Assembly (NCBI GenBank): GCA_965216315.1 | Contig: CBDCFN010000016.1 | Coordinates: 608,001 to 672,000, forward strand | Origin: a bacterium | GTDB lineage: Bacteria; UBA10199; 2-02-FULL-50-16; JAJFLM01 | Direction of reading: 5' to 3' | Length of the DNA stretch: 64,000 nt | Part shown: positions 39,450-49,479 of the stretch, one piece after another | Numbering within the stretch: the stretch's first letter is position 1 | Layout of the letters: each line of letters starts with the position of its first letter | The notes under the pieces: model-generated | Database searches by the model: none | What the model was told of the DNA's origin: nothing | The model's input: the letters and a program-made list of their open reading frames with translations, nothing else | Made by a program: the position numbers and the translations under genes

Positions 39450-42058
39450 GCTTGAAGGTTAGGGAGGTCGTTGATTTCGGCTTCGATGTCTTCGTTTGCT
39501 GTGTTTTCGTTTCCGGCGTTGTCCGTGTCTAAGTTGTCATAATTTTCAAAGTCTTCAAATAAGAAGTCCGAAGCGCGATTGGGGTCAACTCCATCAGGGA
39601 CAGTATCACCCGCGTCATCCAAGGATTCGCGTATTTCATGGTACAGTGCGGAACCGCCTGAAAGTTCTCCGAGACTCGCAACGCTAAGCCCCTCGGGGAC
39701 TGGTAACCGGATAGGGTCGATGCCGGCCAAAGCCACCTTCATATACTTATTCCAGATAGGGGCCGAGACAACGCCGCCCGTCATGCCGCGTCCGAGTCGT
39801 TTTTTGTTTTCAAAGCCCACCCAGACGCCGGTGCAGAGATTTGCGGAATAGCCGATAAACCAGGCATCGGTTTCTTTGTTGGTTGTTCCTGTCTTGCCCC
39901 CAAGTTCCCATTCGGGGATACGAGCCTTGTAGCCGGTGCCGCCATCAACAACATTTTTCATTAAACGCGTCATGATAAAGGCGGTTTGTGGGGTGATAAC
40001 ATGGCCGGGTGGAATTCGCGCGCCATAGAGAGTCTTGATCTCTTCGGGAGTCAGCTTCAGATCTTTTTCTCCGATAAACTTTTCTTCTTTGCGGACGAGA
40101 TCGGAATTCAGTTGGTCTTCTTCTTCAAGTGAAAGAATGACTTCATGTTTGGGAGGGTCGGACGGTTCGATTTTTTGGAGTACTTTCCCTTCTTTGTCGG
40201 TTATCTTGCGAATCGCTGTTGGTGTCGGAAGAATGCCGAGGCTTGGAAATACCGAATAGGCGCGCACCATTTCTTCAACACGTGTATCGGTGGCGCCCAG
40301 TGCTGAAGAGAGGTAAGGCCGAATCTCATTGATGCCCAGCTTATGGGCAAAGGCAACGGCATAATCGATTCCGATATCATGGAAGATCTTAACGGCAATA
40401 ACGTTGACGGAGTGTTTGAGGGCTGAGGCAAAATCCATCGGGCCATTAAATTTGCGCCCGTAATTTTGCGGGCTCCAAAAAGAGCGTTTGCCAACTTGAA
40501 AAGTAACCGGCGAATCCGAGATGGAAGTTCGGGAGGTGTAGCCTTTGTCCAGTGCCGCCGCGTAGAGTATCGGTTTGAAGGCGGAGCCCGGCTGCCGAAA
40601 GGCCTGAACGGCGCGATTGAATTCACTGCGTTCAAAGTCGTAGCCTCCCACGACCGCTTCGATCTCGCCCGTTAAGGGGTTCATTGAGAAGAGGGCGCCC
40701 TCGACGCGAGGCTCTTGCTCTAACTTGAATGGGGCCACCACTCCCGGGGCCGGGGAATGACCTTCCTTTAACATGGCCCAGAGGACCCAGCCTTTTTCAA
40801 TCCGCTTAGTTGCCCATTTATGGTCGGCTTTGGCAATTTTTCCTTTCACGCGACCAACGAGTATGTTGAGAGTGCGATCCGGTCCAATGTCGGTGACGAC
40901 CGCTTTGTACAATCGGTTCGGGCGCAGCGGAGTCGTTTCGTTGGTGCTCTCTGGAGGAGGCGGAATGTAAAACGATTGTTTTTCTCTCGCGACAGCTTTT
41001 TTGTGTACGTTCTCTGCGAAGCTTGCCCACTCATCGGCTGTCAACACTTGAAGAGGACCACGAAATCCCTGGCGTTTATCGACGACGCGGAGGCCGTCTT
41101 GTACAGCTTGTTGAGCCGCCGCTTGGATCTTCCAATCCACTGTCGTGTAAATCTTGAGGCCACCTTTATAAAGAGTTTCAGTGCCATACGTTTCGGCGAT
41201 GCGGCGACGCACGTACTCAGTGAAATATGGGATGTACTGCATGTTGAATTTTTTGTCGGTTCGGGCGCGGTAAATCTTGAGCGTTGCCTGGAATGCATGC
41301 TCGGATTGCTCTTTTGTAATAAAGCCGGCATCGACCATCCGTTCAAGCACAAGTTTTTGGCGGATTTTAGAGCTCTTGGGGCTGCGGGTTGGAGAGAATT
41401 CAGCGGGTGCTGAAGGAAGTCCCGCTATCATCGATATTTCGGCGAGGCTTAATTTATCGAGTGGTTTCTGGAAATAATTCCAAGCGGCGGCACCGACGCC
41501 ATAAGCACGGTTACCGAGGAAAATTTGATTGAGGTAGAGGTAAAGAATTTCTTCTTTGCTCAGGTTCTGTTCAATTTGAGTAGCGAGTATCGCTTCTTTA
41601 ACCTTTCGAGCTAAGGTCCTTTCGCGTGTCAGCAATAAGGAGCGCGCTACTTGTTGCGTGATTGTCGATCCACCCTGAACCACGCGCCCGGCCTTGAGGT
41701 TCTTTAAGAAAGCGCGCGCGATACTGCGGAAATCGACGCCCGTATGCTCATAGAACCGCGCGTCTTCTGAGGCGACAAAGGCCTGGATCACACGCTTGGG
41801 AATTTTTTCGTAGGGGATGAGCAGGCGCTTTTCTTTCCAGAATTCACCTATTTTGACGCCATTTCGGTCAAATACCTCACTAAATACAGGAGGGTTGTAC
41901 TCGGAGACGGTCGATATATCGGGAAGATCCCGGACATAGCTAAAATAAAGATATCCCGCCCCCGCAACGCCGATTACAATCAGGATTAAGGGGATCCCAA
42001 TCACGATCTTGAGCAGGCGAGAAACGCTTTGGAATGCTGAGGGCCGGTTTTCGGTCAT
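39434..42058 (-). CDS. mrcA: Class A penicillin-binding protein 1A
   Basis: N-terminal TM, EDARFYEH, QGGSTITQQ, RKVKE, GSAFKP, SVN, KTGTTN. Confidence 0.9.
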   Translation of the reverse strand: MTENRPSAFQSVSRLLKIVIGIPLILIVIGVAGAGYLYFSYVRDLPDISTVSEYNPPVFSEVFDRNGVKIGEFWKEKRLLIPYEKIPKRVIQAFVASEDARFYEHTGVDFRSIARAFLKNLKAGRVVQGGSTITQQVARSLLLTRERTLARKVKEAILATQIEQNLSKEEILYLYLNQIFLGNRAYGVGAAAWNYFQKPLDKLSLAEISMIAGLPSAPAEFSPTRSPKSSKIRQKLVLERMVDAGFITKEQSEHAFQATLKIYRARTDKKFNMQYIPYFTEYVRRRIAETYGTETLYKGGLKIYTTVDWKIQAAAQQAVQDGLRVVDKRQGFRGPLQVLTADEWASFAENVHKKAVAREKQSFYIPPPPESTNETTPLRPNRLYKAVVTDIGPDRTLNILVGRVKGKIAKADHKWATKRIEKGWVLWAMLKEGHSPAPGVVAPFKLEQEPRVEGALFSMNPLTGEIEAVVGGYDFERSEFNRAVQAFRQPGSAFKPILYAAALDKGYTSRTSISDSPVTFQVGKRSFWSPQNYGRKFNGPMDFASALKHSVNVIAVKIFHDIGIDYAVAFAHKLGINEIRPYLSSALGATDTRVEEMVRAYSVFPSLGILPTPTAIRKITDKEGKVLQKIEPSDPPKHEVILSLEEEDQLNSDLVRKEEKFIGEKDLKLTPEEIKTLYGARIPPGHVITPQTAFIMTRLMKNVVDGGTGYKARIPEWELGGKTGTTNKETDAWFIGYSANLCTGVWVGFENKKRLGRGMTGGVVSAPIWNKYMKVALAGIDPIRLPVPEGLSVASLGELSGGSALYHEIRESLDDAGDTVPDGVDPNRASDFLFEDFENYDNLDTDNAGNENTANEDIEAEINDLPNLQAQQPL

Positions 42059-42243
42059 TCGTGCTCCGCAAATTCTCCATATATCATTAGGACTTGCTGT
42101 GCTCCGTAGGGAGTTATTGGCCTGATAGAATGATCTCTAACATGTGACGGAAGGAGATTGCAATGGTCTGGGCCAGATTATGGGCTTGCCAGATCCAGGA
42201 GGCGTTGTTATGGCATGGCGCCTAATTGTAAGGAGGGTATTTC

Positions 42244-42483
42244 ATGTTTAAGCAGATCGTAACACTTGCGTCGTTTGGAATTTTGGTCCTAACGGCTGCC
42301 TGCAGCTTCGAATCCCAGGATACAGCGAGCAGCGCGGCCGAACAGCCAACGGCAGCTGCCGAAGCGCCTGCAGAAGAGCCCGCGGCGGCTCCGGCGCCGG
42401 CCCCTGCAGCAGAGCCAGCTCCTGCAGCAGCGCCAGCCCCTGCAGAGGCTCCTGCTGAAAAAACTGCTCCCGCCGCGGAGTAG
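42244..42483 (+). CDS. Small Ala/Pro-rich putative lipoprotein
   Basis: AAGGAGG RBS, lipobox-like TAAC, low-complexity APAEEPAAAPAP tail. Confidence 0.75.
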   Translation: MFKQIVTLASFGILVLTAACSFESQDTASSAAEQPTAAAEAPAEEPAAAPAPAPAAEPAPAAAPAPAEAPAEKTAPAAE

Positions 42484-42488
42484 ACGTC

Positions 42489-42662
42489 ATGGCCAACGAC
42501 AGTCGTTGTCCGCACGAATCAGACTGGTACTGTAAACTGCTGGATAAGCCATGTCATCCGGGGATGGCTGGCTGCATCTTGTCAGGACAGCCAATGGTCG
42601 ATGCGTTGTTGGCCTTTGAAGCGAAACAGGAAGCAGACGAGAGCCCGAAGTCTGAAGGCTAA
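42489..42662 (+). CDS. Small four-cysteine protein (57 aa), unknown function
   Basis: Below the ORF-track cutoff. MANDSRCPHESDWYCKLLDKPCHPGMAGCILSGQPMVDALLAFEAKQEADESPKSEG*; GGAG just upstream; fills the gap between flanking genes. Confidence 0.65.
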   Translation: MANDSRCPHESDWYCKLLDKPCHPGMAGCILSGQPMVDALLAFEAKQEADESPKSEG

Positions 42663-42664
42663 CT

Positions 42665-43606
42665 TCAGGTTTCGGGCTTTTCGTCACATTCAAATTGAAT
42701 ATTTGCGTGACTGATATTGAAGCGCTCTTTGACTAGTTGGCAGAGTCGATCGAGAATATCGTGCGTTTCGCTGATACGTAAATCGGACGTTAGCGCGTGG
42801 GCCGTCATCGTATACATGTGAGACGTGATCTCCCAGATGTGGACGTCATGCACCTGCCTGATTTCAGGAATCTCATTACAGATTGTTTTAACCACTTGAT
42901 CGACATTGATATGCTTCGGGGTTGATTCTAATAATATATGTGATGAATCATGGAGCAGTTTGAAGCCCCAATAAGAAATGATGGCCGCAATCAAAAAACT
43001 GACAATCGGGTCCGATTGAGCCCAACCGGTAAAATGAATCAAAATAGCGCAGCCGACGACGCCAACAGAGCTGAGTGTGTCGCCGATCATGTGCATGAAG
43101 GCGCTGCGGACGTTTAGGTCGCCATGGCTGACACGAGAGAGTATTAAGGCACTGATTAGATTGACGGCCAATCCGATCACCGCGATGATGAACATCTCTC
43201 GACTTTGGATGGCGACCGGATGCATGAGCCGATCGATCGCTTCGTAGACTATCAGTGCCGCTACCGCGAACATCGTTAGACCGTTTACTAAGGCTGCCAG
43301 TACTTCGATCCGATAGAGGCCAAAAGAGCGATGAGCCCCGGCGGGTCGGCTGGCGATGACAATAGCGGCATAGCTGATTACTAAGGCGAGTGAGTGCGTC
43401 AACATGTGACCTGCATCCGAGAGCAAGGAAAGGCTGCCACTGATGATGCCGCCGATAACTTCCAATACCATGGTCGTGCTGGTCAGCAGGAGTGTCAGTA
43501 GTAGGTGGCGCTTTTCACGGGGTCGATGTTCGTCGGATTGCCATGGGCCCAAGGGTTTGTGATTTAACGGGCCGGCCTCGGGCGGGTGTTCATGGGAGAG
43601 AGACAC
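42665..43606 (-). CDS. Cation diffusion facilitator (CzcD/ZitB-like) metal exporter
   Basis: SLSLLSDAGHMLTH, FGLYRIEVLAA, NVRSAFMHMIGD, VHDVHIWEI. Start uncertain. Confidence 0.9.
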   Translation of the reverse strand: MSLSHEHPPEAGPLNHKPLGPWQSDEHRPREKRHLLLTLLLTSTTMVLEVIGGIISGSLSLLSDAGHMLTHSLALVISYAAIVIASRPAGAHRSFGLYRIEVLAALVNGLTMFAVAALIVYEAIDRLMHPVAIQSREMFIIAVIGLAVNLISALILSRVSHGDLNVRSAFMHMIGDTLSSVGVVGCAILIHFTGWAQSDPIVSFLIAAIISYWGFKLLHDSSHILLESTPKHINVDQVVKTICNEIPEIRQVHDVHIWEITSHMYTMTAHALTSDLRISETHDILDRLCQLVKERFNISHANIQFECDEKPET

Positions 43607-43660
43607 CTGTGCAGGGTATAATGGGATGGAATAATTTGCAAATTGCGAACCGCACACGTA

Positions 43661-43720
43661 ATGTAGGGGAGCTGCTTGCTGCGCCCTTATCAGGGGGCGC
43701 GCCAAGGGTCGCCCCTACAT
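43661..43720. repeat. GTAG-type REP-like palindromic element
   Basis: ATGTAGGGGAGCTGCTTGCTGCGCCC...GGGCGCGCCAAGGGTCGCCCCTACAT with terminal inverted repeats; a half copy recurs at 45610-45632. Confidence 0.65.
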
Positions 43721-44770
43721 ATGGCACAAAAGAAAAAACAAATTGGGGTACTTACGGGAGGTGGTGACTGCCCCGGCTTAAATGCAGTTATCCGCGCGAT
43801 TGTCCGCAAAGCGCTGCCGCTGGGCTATGAAGTCAAAGGTTATCTAAGGGGTTGGGAAGGTATCCTCACACGAAAATCAATTCACTTAAACCTCCGCTCT
43901 GTCACGGGAATACTACGGCAGGGCGGGACGATACTGCAGACATCGAGAACGAATCCTTTCAAGGATAGTAAAACAGAGCGAGCCTTCTTGGTTTCCTTAA
44001 AAGCGCTCAAATTGCACGGGCTGATCGCCATTGGCGGTGAGGATACCTTAGGCGTTGCGGCGAGACTGGCGAAGAAAAGTTACCCGGTGGTTGGTGTGCC
44101 AAAGACGATCGACAATGATTTGATGGGAACAGAGCAGACCGTAGGGTTTGATACAGCTGTAACGGTAGCGACGGAAGCGATTGATCGATTGTCAACGACG
44201 GCAGAGAGCCACAATCGCGTCATTGTACTCGAAGTCATGGGGCGACATGCGGGATGGATTGCATCCCATGCGGGGCTTGCCGGCGGCGCCGATGGTATCC
44301 TGATTCCGGAGCAACCATTTGAGCTGGAAGAAATTTGCTCGATTATTAGCAAACGTCACAGGCGGGGAAAAAACTTCTCCATAATTGTCGCTGCTGAAGG
44401 CGCACAGATGAAACAGGGGCGCGCCAGGCAACAGATCCTTTCGAGCGAGGAGACGGATGCCTTCGGTCATGTGAAACTCGGTGGGATTGGCCCGTTATTG
44501 GCGAAGGAAATTGAAGCGCGCACCGGGTTTGAGAGTCGTGCGGTCGTGCTCGGTCACTTACAGCGCGGAGGATCGCCTACACCCTATGATCGGATTTTGG
44601 CGACGCGCTACGGGGTTCGAGCTGTGGAGCTGCTAGACAAGAGACGGTTTGGACGCATGGTGGCCTTACAGCGAGGCAAGATTACGGATGTGGCCCTCGC
44701 GACCGTGACCAAAGGGATAAAAAAAGTAGACAAGGAACTCTATAGAGTGGCATCGACGTTTTTTGGGTAA
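43721..44770 (+). CDS. pfkA: 6-phosphofructokinase (mixed-substrate/group III type, probably PPi-dependent)
   Basis: LTGGGDCPGLNA, GGTIL.TSR, GGEDT, PKTIDND, EVMGR, LGHLQRGG. Confidence 0.92.
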   Translation: MAQKKKQIGVLTGGGDCPGLNAVIRAIVRKALPLGYEVKGYLRGWEGILTRKSIHLNLRSVTGILRQGGTILQTSRTNPFKDSKTERAFLVSLKALKLHGLIAIGGEDTLGVAARLAKKSYPVVGVPKTIDNDLMGTEQTVGFDTAVTVATEAIDRLSTTAESHNRVIVLEVMGRHAGWIASHAGLAGGADGILIPEQPFELEEICSIISKRHRRGKNFSIIVAAEGAQMKQGRARQQILSSEETDAFGHVKLGGIGPLLAKEIEARTGFESRAVVLGHLQRGGSPTPYDRILATRYGVRAVELLDKRRFGRMVALQRGKITDVALATVTKGIKKVDKELYRVASTFFG

Positions 44771-44773
44771 GTT

Positions 44774-45313
44774 ATGTTAACGAAATTTGCAAAATTTTTG
44801 GGACTAGAGTCGCAAGGTTCAGCTTCGGATGATTCAAAAAGCTCCGAAACCGAATCCGTCCGCCAGATTATTCAATCACTGGACCAACTTGATGCGGATC
44901 GGGCGCATTATATTGCCCTGTTTGCGTCAATCCTGAGTCGTGTAGCCTACGCCGATTTACATATGTCGGAGCAAGAAACAGCAACGATTGAAGAGATCGT
45001 TCAAAAGATAGGTCACCTCGATGAGGCGCAATCGGTCCTAGTGACCCAGATTGCAAAGAATCAAAATAGCCTGCTTGGCGGCGTGGAAAATTATCTTATC
45101 ACGCGCGAATTTGCCAAAATCACATCAACCTCTCAGCGCCATGAGCTGATGGAATCGCTTTTTGCCGTGGCCGCGGCAGAAGAGGGTATATCCTCCGAAG
45201 AAAATGAAGAGATTCGGAAGATAGCGGAAGAAATCGGGCTGACGCGCCAGGATTTTGTCGCCGTACGAGCTTCATTTAAAAAACATTTGAATGTCTTGAA
45301 GGGTATTTCTTGA
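44774..45313 (+). CDS. TerB-like family protein
   Basis: RVAYADLHMSEQE and AVAAAEEGISSEENEEIRKIA TerB-type repeats. Confidence 0.75.
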   Translation: MLTKFAKFLGLESQGSASDDSKSSETESVRQIIQSLDQLDADRAHYIALFASILSRVAYADLHMSEQETATIEEIVQKIGHLDEAQSVLVTQIAKNQNSLLGGVENYLITREFAKITSTSQRHELMESLFAVAAAEEGISSEENEEIRKIAEEIGLTRQDFVAVRASFKKHLNVLKGIS

Positions 45314-46266
45314 GTTCTTGTCAGCGTTCGTCCTTGATCGGTTCATTTATTCAGAAATTCTTTTTTACGATTGCACTGCTGTTGGCCTTGGTTTGTGGAC
45401 TTATCTGGCCGCAACCTGCGGTAGGCCTTGCGCAGCACCGAAGTCTCTTGCTGTTTGTTGTGATGTTTATGGTGGGGCTTGAGCAACATTTGCCCGCCTT
45501 GGCAGCACAATTTCGCAAGGTAGGTGCCATCAGCCTCAGTTTGATATTGAGTTTCATCGTCTTTCCCATTTTATCCTGGGCCGTAGCTCAGTTATTTTTT
45601 AATTTTGGCGTAGGGGCGCCGCTTGCTGCGCCTGTTATTGCCGGATTCGTTGTGCTTGGGGCCGTCCCAACGACTTTGACGTCAGCCGTGATTTATACGC
45701 GACTCGATAAGGGAAATGATCGTCTTGCTCTCATTATCGTTTTGCTCAGTCAGTTTCTTTGTGTGCTGGTGACACCGGCGCTGGTATCGCTTTTTCTCGC
45801 CAAGACAACGGAACTTAATTTGGCCCAGATGATCATTCAATTATGTCTTTATTTCCTGTTGCCGCTTGCGCTCGGCATGCTATGCGGACGCTTTTTGCCG
45901 CTTGAGAAATTGAAACCTTATTTAATGCGGCCGGAACAGCTTATTGTCGCACTCTTTGTCTTTATGGGGGCCGGCCATATTCCACGGGAGACGGCCTTGA
46001 GTGTTGTCGCCAAGTGTTTCTTAGCCGTGATTCTATTGCAGCTTGGCTATGTTGTGTTGATCCGGCTAGTGATTAAAAAATTTAATTCAAATGATCAGAC
46101 GGCACTTTTTTTTACCTCTTCTCAAAAGACGTTATCGGTGGGGTTGTATTTATTGCTGAGTTACTTTCCCTCGGCCGCGATTCTTCCCATGGTGCTGTAT
46201 CATCTTCTGCAATTAACGATCGGGAGATTATATTGGGTTCCTCCTGATAGGGTGGGAGGCAGATAA
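45310..46266 (+). CDS. Bile acid:sodium symporter family transporter
   Basis: Multi-TM protein with VPTTLTSAVIYT...KGN and SQKTL motifs. Confidence 0.8.
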   Translation: MSSCQRSSLIGSFIQKFFFTIALLLALVCGLIWPQPAVGLAQHRSLLLFVVMFMVGLEQHLPALAAQFRKVGAISLSLILSFIVFPILSWAVAQLFFNFGVGAPLAAPVIAGFVVLGAVPTTLTSAVIYTRLDKGNDRLALIIVLLSQFLCVLVTPALVSLFLAKTTELNLAQMIIQLCLYFLLPLALGMLCGRFLPLEKLKPYLMRPEQLIVALFVFMGAGHIPRETALSVVAKCFLAVILLQLGYVVLIRLVIKKFNSNDQTALFFTSSQKTLSVGLYLLLSYFPSAAILPMVLYHLLQLTIGRLYWVPPDRVGGR

Positions 46267-46332
46267 GTGGGCTGTCCCCCCGTGGGCCGACCGAGGTGCC
46301 GGACCCACGGGAGAACGAGTGAGTGGGAAGAA

Positions 46333-48450
46333 TTAACGATCTTTTTTTCGGTAGCGCACGCTCTCTATCACAACGATAAAAGCCACGAAGAGCCATGCGA
46401 GCATGGGACCTGGCCGGAACGATCGCATAGCACTGAGGCTACAGCCACCACCGGCCACACCCGTCGAACCGGTCGCTACTAACAAGTAGGCGGGTGCGAC
46501 TTGATCCGTGATTGCTGTGCTGGCGTCAGCGCCGGTCATCTTGATAACTGGTCGTCCGGCTCCGTCACCGTCGCTGTCATTATCGCCGGTCCCGAGTGGT
46601 GCGTTTGGCTTCGGCAATTTAAGTGGGGGGAAGACCCTTATTTTAACGCCGAGTTTGTTGCGTTTGCCCGGCGTTTGGCTGGGCCCACCCGCCACCGTAA
46701 CCGGATCGTCAACGGTTGTCTCGGCAGCCAATTCTTCGACCGTAACGTGTTCCGGTTTGATGGCGGTAGTTGTGGCAAATCGTTCTCCATCAACAGAGGG
46801 TGCAAACTGAAAGGCACGAATCGGCGGGGAGGGCATGTCCAATCTTTTGCCTTCCGGGACAATCATGCCTTTCCAGACCTTAATATAATGTAAGAGGTTC
46901 GGCACGATTCCGCTCAGCGATGAGACCTCTCCACGTTCGCACCCCTCAACCTTTTGGGAGAGTTCGATCATTGCGGGATCGATTGCGAGTTCCAACGGGA
47001 CTTCGGGGCAGCGTTCCTCTCCTTTATCCCCCAGCCAAATCAATTCACAGGTCTCAACATCAATCGCGACGGCCGAACCTTCGCGACAGGCGAAGAGCCG
47101 CTCATCCTGTAGCTCTTCAACAACCGGTGTTTCCGGCTCCGGGGTTGTTGGTTCTGGGGTTGCCGGCGGTTGATCCGCAGGTGTTCCTCCATCCGTCAAC
47201 TCAGTCGGGATATCGGGCGGTGCATCACAAAGACATTCGGGAACGCTGACGCTGCAGCTTTCCGGTTCTTCAATTGGTTCGGGAGCTTCTGTTCTCTTCA
47301 CCGAAGGTATGGCGTCAGCCTTGACGACCCCCGCATATTCTCTTGCTGCGAAGTCAAGTCGTGTGCGGGAAAATGCGGTCGAGCGCAGTTGCTTACATTG
47401 TGATGGTGTTGTCGTAAACGTGACGTCAAAGCTGCGGCTCGAGGGACTGTACTCCAATGAATTAAAACGGATCTCGGTGCGCGGCGACAGTCCGGCAATC
47501 ATGCTCTTGATGAACTTGCGCGCGTCCGCTTCTTGTGCCGGGTGAAGACAGGGGAAACTCATGACATTGCGGAGAAAGTCGCGATGACAAATGCCCGGCT
47601 CTTCGACAGCCTGCGGTGCCTCACAGCCACAGAGCGGAGTATCTGCCGTTAGTTGTGGAGTGCGTTTACCCGGCTCTTCGATGCCTTCACGCTCTTTTTC
47701 CAGCACCCGTTTCTTGTTTAATAATTCCTGACTGGCTTCCTCGGTAAATGAGATCTGCGCGATCTTCTCCGCGGAAACTTTAATTCTAGCCCGGGTTTCC
47801 ACTTGTTCCGGAACCAATTGCTCGTAACAACCACTCATATACTCCACTTGTTGGGGTGCGAGACAGCCCATGCAGGCCAATGCGGAGGGATTCGTGGTGC
47901 AGCGACACTCTTGCGCGAGTTGCGAGTGCTGGTCAGGTCCCGCCAATAAATCTTTCATGTCGACGGCTCCGACCATACAGCAGCCCATCAGCTCTCTTCC
48001 ATAAGGACTATTGCGGAGAGTTTCGATGGTTATCTCGTTGCCATAAATGGCCGTCGCACATTTACGGCAACGTCCGTAGGCCTCCTGATCGTTTTCGTGT
48101 TGGGAGCAGGGATCATACTCTCTTTCCTCGGTACGCGGCGGTGCCGGGGCGGCTGCGGGCGGTGGCGCCTCGGCCGTCGGCGGAGACGCGATCTCCTGTG
48201 CCGGTTGGGGCGCCGGTGCCGTGGCGACGGTCGGCGGCTGTTCGGCCGTGCGCGGTGGTTGAAGCTCCCTAATCGCTTCCTCAACCAGCGGCACTGGCGC
48301 GGGCCGTCGGACGACTTCTTGCCCTGATGCCTCAACCAGGTTGGTGCGTTCCGCTTCTTTCCGTTCCTGTGAGAAACCCGAGGCCGGAAACAGGGCATTT
48401 CCCATGCTGAGGAGCAGAAACCCAACGATAATGAAGTGTTGTTTAGTCAT
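46333..48450 (-). CDS. Secreted Cys-rich protein with C-terminal GGGC-TM-basic sorting signal
   Basis: Signal peptide from ATG 48450, many Cys pairs, Pro-rich linkers, ends GGGCSLSAMRSFRPGPMLAWLFVAFIVVIESVRYRKKDR. Confidence 0.8.
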   Translation of the reverse strand: MTKQHFIIVGFLLLSMGNALFPASGFSQERKEAERTNLVEASGQEVVRRPAPVPLVEEAIRELQPPRTAEQPPTVATAPAPQPAQEIASPPTAEAPPPAAAPAPPRTEEREYDPCSQHENDQEAYGRCRKCATAIYGNEITIETLRNSPYGRELMGCCMVGAVDMKDLLAGPDQHSQLAQECRCTTNPSALACMGCLAPQQVEYMSGCYEQLVPEQVETRARIKVSAEKIAQISFTEEASQELLNKKRVLEKEREGIEEPGKRTPQLTADTPLCGCEAPQAVEEPGICHRDFLRNVMSFPCLHPAQEADARKFIKSMIAGLSPRTEIRFNSLEYSPSSRSFDVTFTTTPSQCKQLRSTAFSRTRLDFAAREYAGVVKADAIPSVKRTEAPEPIEEPESCSVSVPECLCDAPPDIPTELTDGGTPADQPPATPEPTTPEPETPVVEELQDERLFACREGSAVAIDVETCELIWLGDKGEERCPEVPLELAIDPAMIELSQKVEGCERGEVSSLSGIVPNLLHYIKVWKGMIVPEGKRLDMPSPPIRAFQFAPSVDGERFATTTAIKPEHVTVEELAAETTVDDPVTVAGGPSQTPGKRNKLGVKIRVFPPLKLPKPNAPLGTGDNDSDGDGAGRPVIKMTGADASTAITDQVAPAYLLVATGSTGVAGGGCSLSAMRSFRPGPMLAWLFVAFIVVIESVRYRKKDR

Positions 48451-48462
48451 GCTGCAATGCAT

Positions 48463-48478
48463 TGCAATTGCAGTGCCA
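48463..48478 (-). promoter_or_regulatory. Sigma-54 -24/-12 promoter
   Basis: TGGCAC-TGCAA-TTGCA; IHF-like AATCAGTATGTTA at about 48515-48527. Confidence 0.85.
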
Positions 48479-48572
48479 AAGCTGACGCGACAGGCCAAAA
48501 AATAAACTATTATAAATCAGTATGTTATGGGGGTTCGCAAAAATTCGCAACGCACTGTGCTGGCGCAGCGCA

Positions 48573-48605
48573 TTATCAAATTGAGAAAGTTTATCAAAAT
48601 GATAA
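48573..48605. promoter_or_regulatory. Tandem TTATCA-N3-TGA(T/G)AA palindromes (putative enhancer)
   Basis: TTATCAaatTGAGAA and TTATCAaaaTGATAA, about 95-130 bp upstream of the sigma-54 site. Confidence 0.65.
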
Positions 48606-48640
48606 TTATGCCTGATAAGTAGGCTATTAAAGGGCTCTGC

Positions 48641-48669
48641 AAAAAAAGGCCCCTTGGGGGGCCTTTTTT
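48641..48669. terminator. Intrinsic terminator of the 48693-49142 gene
   Basis: AAAAAAAGGCCCC-ttgg-GGGGCCTTTTTT. Confidence 0.85.
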
Positions 48670-48692
48670 GAGAGATTCTGCGTAGAGAGAGT

Positions 48693-49142
48693 CTAGAAGT
48701 CGGCTTTTCGTGCCTTCTTGAGCGCTCTGCAATTATCGAATTGAATCGCGACTTCATCGATATCTAGCGTGCAAGGATCAGCTAATGAAACGTTACCAGA
48801 CAAGATCTTACCAATGGTAACCCCCATGACAAAAACTTCATCTAATGAGGCGTCACGCTGAGCCATCAGTCGACTGACGTTGCCGATGATCTGGTCTTCA
48901 GTTAGGTAGAGCCGACGCTCACTCTTGGGCGAGACAATGTTAACAGCATATTTCTTAGCTGCCGGTTTGTTGTAGGCCGGTAGGGCGATGGCCGCCAGCT
49001 CTTCGTCTTGCTGTTTCTGTTTGTCGACGGAGACAACATAGAAAGTTCCAAAGCCGACTTCAGCTTCTTCTGCGTGACTGTTAGTAAGAGGTGACAAGCT
49101 AACGACAACGCTCAATAGAGCTAAAACAAATAGTGCTTTCAT
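48693..49142 (-). CDS. Hypothetical secreted protein
   Basis: 149-aa ORF with GGAG RBS, signal peptide ending SHA, followed by a terminator. Confidence 0.7.
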   Translation of the reverse strand: MKALFVLALLSVVVSLSPLTNSHAEEAEVGFGTFYVVSVDKQKQQDEELAAIALPAYNKPAAKKYAVNIVSPKSERRLYLTEDQIIGNVSRLMAQRDASLDEVFVMGVTIGKILSGNVSLADPCTLDIDEVAIQFDNCRALKKARKADF

Positions 49143-49412
49143 AATAGACGCTCCCGATTCAGATAGTTTGGTTTATAAATCAGACACGATTTATGTATCG
49201 AACCGAATCACTGCTCGGGTTGCGGGTCTGAAATGAGCTAACTTGATGATATTAATCCGGTTTTTCCCGATTTTCCCTCATTGTGTATAAAAAGTGTCCG
49301 AGCTGGGGAGTCAAGCCCCGGGGTATTGAGGGGTCTAAAACGGCGCCGAAAACGGGCGGCTCCGATTAGCCAATAATAATACGGCTATAATGAGACCATT
49401 CGGATCTTAAGT

Positions 49413-49428
49413 TGGCATCGGTTTTGCT
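49413..49428 (+). promoter_or_regulatory. Sigma-54-like promoter with no cognate downstream gene
   Basis: TGGCAT-CGGTT-TTGCT pointing into the 3' end of the minus-strand gene. Confidence 0.45.
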
Positions 49429-49479
49429 CAAACAGAGGGGTTGGCCTGAATGGGCGACGCGAAAAAAAATTAAAAAAAA

